Of a DNA stretch of 64,000 nt, positions 60,801 through 64,000 are shown in pieces. How positions within the stretch are numbered: position 1 is the stretch's first letter; every line of letters starts with the position of its first letter. Position numbers and translations under genes: made by a program. Source of the stretch: Candidatus Cloacimonadales bacterium (GTDB lineage Bacteria; Cloacimonadota; Cloacimonadia; Cloacimonadales; JAFGVF01); assembly GCA_963662585.1 (NCBI GenBank), contig OY759729.1, positions 416,001 to 480,000 of the forward strand, given 5' to 3'. The notes under the pieces were generated by a model. It saw only the letters and a program-made list of their open reading frames with translations, was not told the origin of the DNA and searched no databases.

Positions 60801-62816
60801 ACTTGCACGAGCATAGAATTTAACTCTTTTAGTATTCATGTCAGCTAATGGAGGAGTAATTAATTTTAAATCAGCAGGAGCTACATCGCCAGAATTATAC
60901 ATTCTTAATGATTTTTCACCTTCATAAGGATTTAAGGTATAAACATTGGCATAAGCAGTAGCTGTGCTATTAATTATGGTATTCCAATCTGTAGGAATTT
61001 CATTTGTTTCAACATCTTCGAAACCTTCAAAGTAAGGAAATTCACTAATCATTGCATCATAACCACTAGCAGTTAAAGGAAGAATAGTTTCACTTCCTTC
61101 AGAATCAGTAATTATAATATTTGCAGTAAAATCACCTACTGTTACTGGCATAAAATTAACTGTGAATTGAGCTACATTAGTAGTTAAGGCTAAAGGATAT
61201 TCATTATCATCAGTTAAAGAAAATTCAGAATCACCACTTATTGCTAGGCTATTTATAGTTAATGTACCAAGTCCACTATTTCTTAATGAGAAAATAGCAG
61301 GAATAGCTGAAGTACCCATTATAGTAGGGTTCCAAGCATATTCACTAGGATTAACCATAAGTTGAGGTTCAGTAGGTATATCACCAAAATTAATCATAGT
61401 ATTTGGGAATGAAGTTCTTAAAGTTCCTGCTTCAGGAGCTATGAAATCATAATTAACGCTATCACTATGTTTTTCTAAACTTTGGTTTCCTTCAGTTTGA
61501 GTACAGAAGAATTCATCACTACTTGTTGAAAAACCCACTGTATTTGATTCAAAAGCAACTAATAAATTCTGAGTATTATTATAATTAAATGGTACTTCAA
61601 GAGCAATAGTAACCCAACCTTCAGAAGCTGGCACAGATAGAGGTCCATCATATACTAACAATAATTGATCTTGAGCTACCCAACTTGTATTATCTGCAAA
61701 AGCATCTAAATCAGTATGAGCCATCCAGATTTGTACATTTTCTTCAGTCCATTCTGAATTGCCATTATAATAATAGGAAATCTCTTCAATTCTTTGATTT
61801 TCAGTGTTTATCCATTCTTGTAAATAGATAGTTTGAGAAATTGTGTAACCAAAGTATGGTTCCATTGGTAAGCCTTGATTAGCTAACACACCATTACCAA
61901 TAACTAAAGAACCCTCTTCAGCAGGAGTAGTAAAGCTAAAGATTTGACTTGTTGCAGTGTATTCAGAAGTTGAATTTTTTGATACAACTTTCCAGTAATA
62001 GCTAGTGATATTTTCTAATTCAGTAACACTGTAAGTAGTTTCAGAGATATTCTCTGCAATCAAAGCTGAAGCATCTGATGAAGTAACTAAGTCTTGGCTA
62101 TCACTAAGATAGACATCATAAGATTCAGTGTTTTCGCCACTTGTCCATTCTAAAGAAACAGGTAAATCTACATTCATAGCCCCATTACTAGGTTCTGTTA
62201 GAGTTGCAAAAGTTGGAGCTCCTTCTGATGTAAAGTGAAGTCTTGTACATGGGAAGTAATTAACTAATGTTCCCTCTAAAGCAGGAAATTCATTGTCTGC
62301 ATATTTATATAGACTTCTAAAGTCATTTTCTTCAACAGTACATTTAGCAAAAACAGGATAACTTGAAGCATAATCTCCGTCGTTATTGATAAAGAAGACT
62401 TCTAAATTATCAGTACCATTGTAAGAAAATTCACTATCAAGTGGAATTTCTACCCAACCTGAGCCATTATAATTGATTTCACCATCAAAAACTAATTGAT
62501 ATGTATCATCAGTAGTTGGGTCAAGGTAAGCATTTGAATCTAAAGATTCAGCACTTGTGTGTTTTAAATAAATTTGTTGGTTTGGCATTAAATAGTTAGC
62601 CGGGGTATTAGTTACTAAATAACTAATCGCATTGATATCAATAGCAAGATTGATATCTTCACTTTTGTAAAGAACTCGTGACCAACCAAAGTCATAAAAG
62701 CCATTGGCAGGCATGTAGTTAGTCGTGCCATCTTGCGTTCCAATTTCTACATTAAGAGCAGAAAGTGAAACAAGAAACAGTAAAATTAATGTTGTAAAAA
62801 ACATCTTTTTACGCAT
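57801..62816 (-). CDS. Large secreted multidomain surface protein (repeated beta domain x3, FN3/Ig, cleaved-adhesin-like domain, FlgD/T9SS-like C-terminus)
   Basis: Signal peptide; repeated IG.G..NQGLP.EPY...SQ.IYL; DDFE..W...DVDG...DDWIITP; QNYPNPFNPET...KMILMK. Confidence 0.85.
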   Translation of the reverse strand: MRKKMFFTTLILLFLVSLSALNVEIGTQDGTTNYMPANGFYDFGWSRVLYKSEDINLAIDINAISYLVTNTPANYLMPNQQIYLKHTSAESLDSNAYLDPTTDDTYQLVFDGEINYNGSGWVEIPLDSEFSYNGTDNLEVFFINNDGDYASSYPVFAKCTVEENDFRSLYKYADNEFPALEGTLVNYFPCTRLHFTSEGAPTFATLTEPSNGAMNVDLPVSLEWTSGENTESYDVYLSDSQDLVTSSDASALIAENISETTYSVTELENITSYYWKVVSKNSTSEYTATSQIFSFTTPAEEGSLVIGNGVLANQGLPMEPYFGYTISQTIYLQEWINTENQRIEEISYYYNGNSEWTEENVQIWMAHTDLDAFADNTSWVAQDQLLLVYDGPLSVPASEGWVTIALEVPFNYNNTQNLLVAFESNTVGFSTSSDEFFCTQTEGNQSLEKHSDSVNYDFIAPEAGTLRTSFPNTMINFGDIPTEPQLMVNPSEYAWNPTIMGTSAIPAIFSLRNSGLGTLTINSLAISGDSEFSLTDDNEYPLALTTNVAQFTVNFMPVTVGDFTANIIITDSEGSETILPLTASGYDAMISEFPYFEGFEDVETNEIPTDWNTIINSTATAYANVYTLNPYEGEKSLRMYNSGDVAPADLKLITPPLADMNTKRVKFYARASAADVVLGVGSSSSNYDASAYNEIITMPLTVEYQIFYVNFNEIPEGDNMLCFDYIGNNTTYKTIYIDNVTIENIPSGADADITPTELAFGNIYLNRTGVETFNVANMGAEDLIVDLSSEDGIFTFENPQVTVTTGNNTDIIVTFNPAVEGEYTGSFLVETNADNMPSLTINATAFVLPALPEGVAVIGDGVLTNQGLPFEPYYRHSYSQSIYLANEIGITGQRIEDISWHFNGNSAWGPDEMRIFLGHTNETSFATSSDWIDIAELTEVFTGTITVPAEDGWVETQLDMPFVYDNTQNLVVAVFHSNPDYHASNDEFYCTATTETRSILYYSDSVIPDPTAPLTANYMRNSYPNVKLQFGEVPEGADMIVSPVSTIFDMTAVDALSSEKTITMRSVGLSDVTVANAPVITGEDADQFSITTDNNTYPVVLPFMDTATIGVSFNPNSEGTKTANLEVIDNVTRQTHIIALSAYAYADDGNDQAEDATSLTLPVNGDTYAIMPVGDIDWYKIPAMGIGDTLLVQTTTATGSNINVRAWLYGPVTNPTEIIGSESIANGSNIEHVLPISGDYYLRVAETSVYPAGVTANTRKNLNGENDRLTRDDTGLYNLFVDANYNYDYNAPFNLVATNSTGFVELTWEEPEYERYLVSYSVYRDGEQINPEAIEIGTNSYNDADVVVGQEYSYYVVGVYEEPNGQSLPSNTVSITYFNDGEALWGDDFESHPDFALNLGNWIQHDVDGGSTYGISNVEFENAGEAMSYIVFNPSATTPPITDMNPYEGDKFLASFASSEGVNDDWIITPAITVGTTTVVSFYAKSHTDEYGLERFRVKMSLGGSEVSDFQYSLHQGVDYLEAPTEWTPYYFNVSQLVGNTVRFAIQCVSANAFVFLVDNFRVDSTEDGVDNDDSQASPVLNGLAQNYPNPFNPETSITYSMQKAGNVTLDIFNLKGQKVKSLVNGYQEKGNHTIAWNGTDESGKSVSSGVYFYKMKSGQYTSSRKMILMK

Positions 62817-63011
62817 AATTATCTCCTTAATTGTGGTTTTATATTTCTACATTACTAATTTGGGCATGTTCTTTATGTTTATACATTTTTTATTCCAATT
62901 TTCTATTTATTTCAGCTTATAATCAAGATTAAGTAATTTTAGTTACTTGTAGGAATACAAATTGCATATATCTATTATATAAGTTAATAGAATTTAATCT
63001 GGAGGAAATAT

Positions 63012-64000
63012 ATGAAGAAATTTTTATACTTGCTTATAGGTCTGATGCTTGTTTCAAGCTTAACGGCTATAAGTAATGAACAGGTAGCAACCAGAGGGAA
63101 TAGTGTAAATTACTCTTATGAGTTAACCCGTAACGAAGAAACCCCATCTATTATAAGTAAGACTTTTGCCATACCAGCAACAGAAGCTGAATTATCAATT
63201 AATTCTGCTCTTCTTGTTACTTATAATAGTAATGGTGAGATTATAGAATCAACTCGTAATGTAGGAGAAGATTTTGTAACTTTAACCAAAAGTTTCCAAA
63301 TGCGTGAAATGTATGGATTCACAGTTGATATTAAAGTTCAACAAGACTTAAGAAATGGCTATCAAGTTTTAGAAGCTGTTGATTTCGAAATTAGAGGAAG
63401 TAATACTATAGAGCTTCCTACTGAAATTTCTCAAGCATTCTTAGCTTCTTATAAAAAATTTGCTGTTAATTTTGATGATTCTTATCTAGCATCCTTACCA
63501 CTTTCTCAACCTAAGATGCTTATAGTTAACTCTTCATCAACTTTAGATACTTTCCTAAATCTCTTCATTAAATGGAAAAGAGCTTCTGGTTTCCAAGTTG
63601 ACACTATCTTAAAAGATCCATCTTGGACTTCTGCATCTATAGTGAAGCAAAATATTGCTGCATTTTATGAAGATCATAAACCTGATTATATTCTCTTGAT
63701 TGGAGACACTTCAGGATCTTTTGTAATTCCTACTAATATGTTTATATCACCAGATGGAACAGAAAATGATGCTGATGATAATTTCTATACTATGTTAGCT
63801 GGTAATGATGATGATTATTTCCCAGAAGCATTAATTGGTCGTTTTTCAATTGGAGATCCTTTAAGTTTAGGAACTCAAGCTTTTAAAACAATAACTTATG
63901 AAAAAGAGCCTGATATTGAAGCAGGTGCTGATAATGCTTGGATGACTAAAGCTCTTGTTGTTGCAGGTAACTTTGCTGAAAATAACTTACAACCAAGTAC
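63012..64000 (+). CDS. Gingipain-like C25 cysteine peptidase, 3'-partial
   Basis: Not in the ORF track (runs off the window). GGAGG RBS; MKKFLYLLIG signal; WKRASGF, PDYILLIGD, DDNFY.ML.G.DD.FPEALIGRFS, K.ITYEK.P. Confidence 0.9.
   Translation, partial: MKKFLYLLIGLMLVSSLTAISNEQVATRGNSVNYSYELTRNEETPSIISKTFAIPATEAELSINSALLVTYNSNGEIIESTRNVGEDFVTLTKSFQMREMYGFTVDIKVQQDLRNGYQVLEAVDFEIRGSNTIELPTEISQAFLASYKKFAVNFDDSYLASLPLSQPKMLIVNSSSTLDTFLNLFIKWKRASGFQVDTILKDPSWTSASIVKQNIAAFYEDHKPDYILLIGDTSGSFVIPTNMFISPDGTENDADDNFYTMLAGNDDDYFPEALIGRFSIGDPLSLGTQAFKTITYEKEPDIEAGADNAWMTKALVVAGNFAENNLQPS

Noticed and set aside
5429..62922. Short overlapping ORFs (e.g. 6989, 7445, 9681, 10284, 20179, 20737, 21322, 22237, 25145, 27922, 28402, 28565, 29874, 30474, 31385, 36342, 47143, 49479, 49956, 50522, 53385, 54721, 54734, 58719, 60310, 62725)
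   Set aside because: Antisense or alternate-frame shadows of well-supported genes or repeats, with no recognisable motifs.

Overview
AT-rich bacterial chromosome segment, most likely an anaerobic diderm of the Cloacimonadota/FCB type. This is an inference from NYPNPF-type C-terminal sorting domains, a gingipain C25 protease, Kdo/LPS genes and a bifurcating-type oxidoreductase. Positions 1-~2400 look like the edge of a prophage or mobile element. They hold an Mpi-type serine invertase that the ORF track missed, a Cro/Ner-like gene, a cleavable CI/LexA-like repressor with two operators, and a block of direct repeats resembling an element end. A decayed lipoprotein gene and a 14 x 57-bp tandem array follow. 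The rest is mostly housekeeping: transporters (two CDFs, CPA-EIIA fusion, Amt, MATE), a DtxR + NuoE/NuoF/GltD-NuoG (Stn-like) operon, three identical tRNA-Asp, waaA-murJ-panDC-guaB, xerD-lipoprotein-umuDC, ppiD-glmM, a TerB/FHA/ABC fusion, an LPS-modification operon (msbA, tagD, two TagF-like, ATP-grasp, GT9, licD, licC-like) and large secreted proteins. Intergenic DNA carries several REP-like families, including a filled/empty pair of one element at 41.5 kb and 57.4 kb. No CRISPR array or rRNA was seen. All family calls come from motif recognition by eye; no database searches were run.
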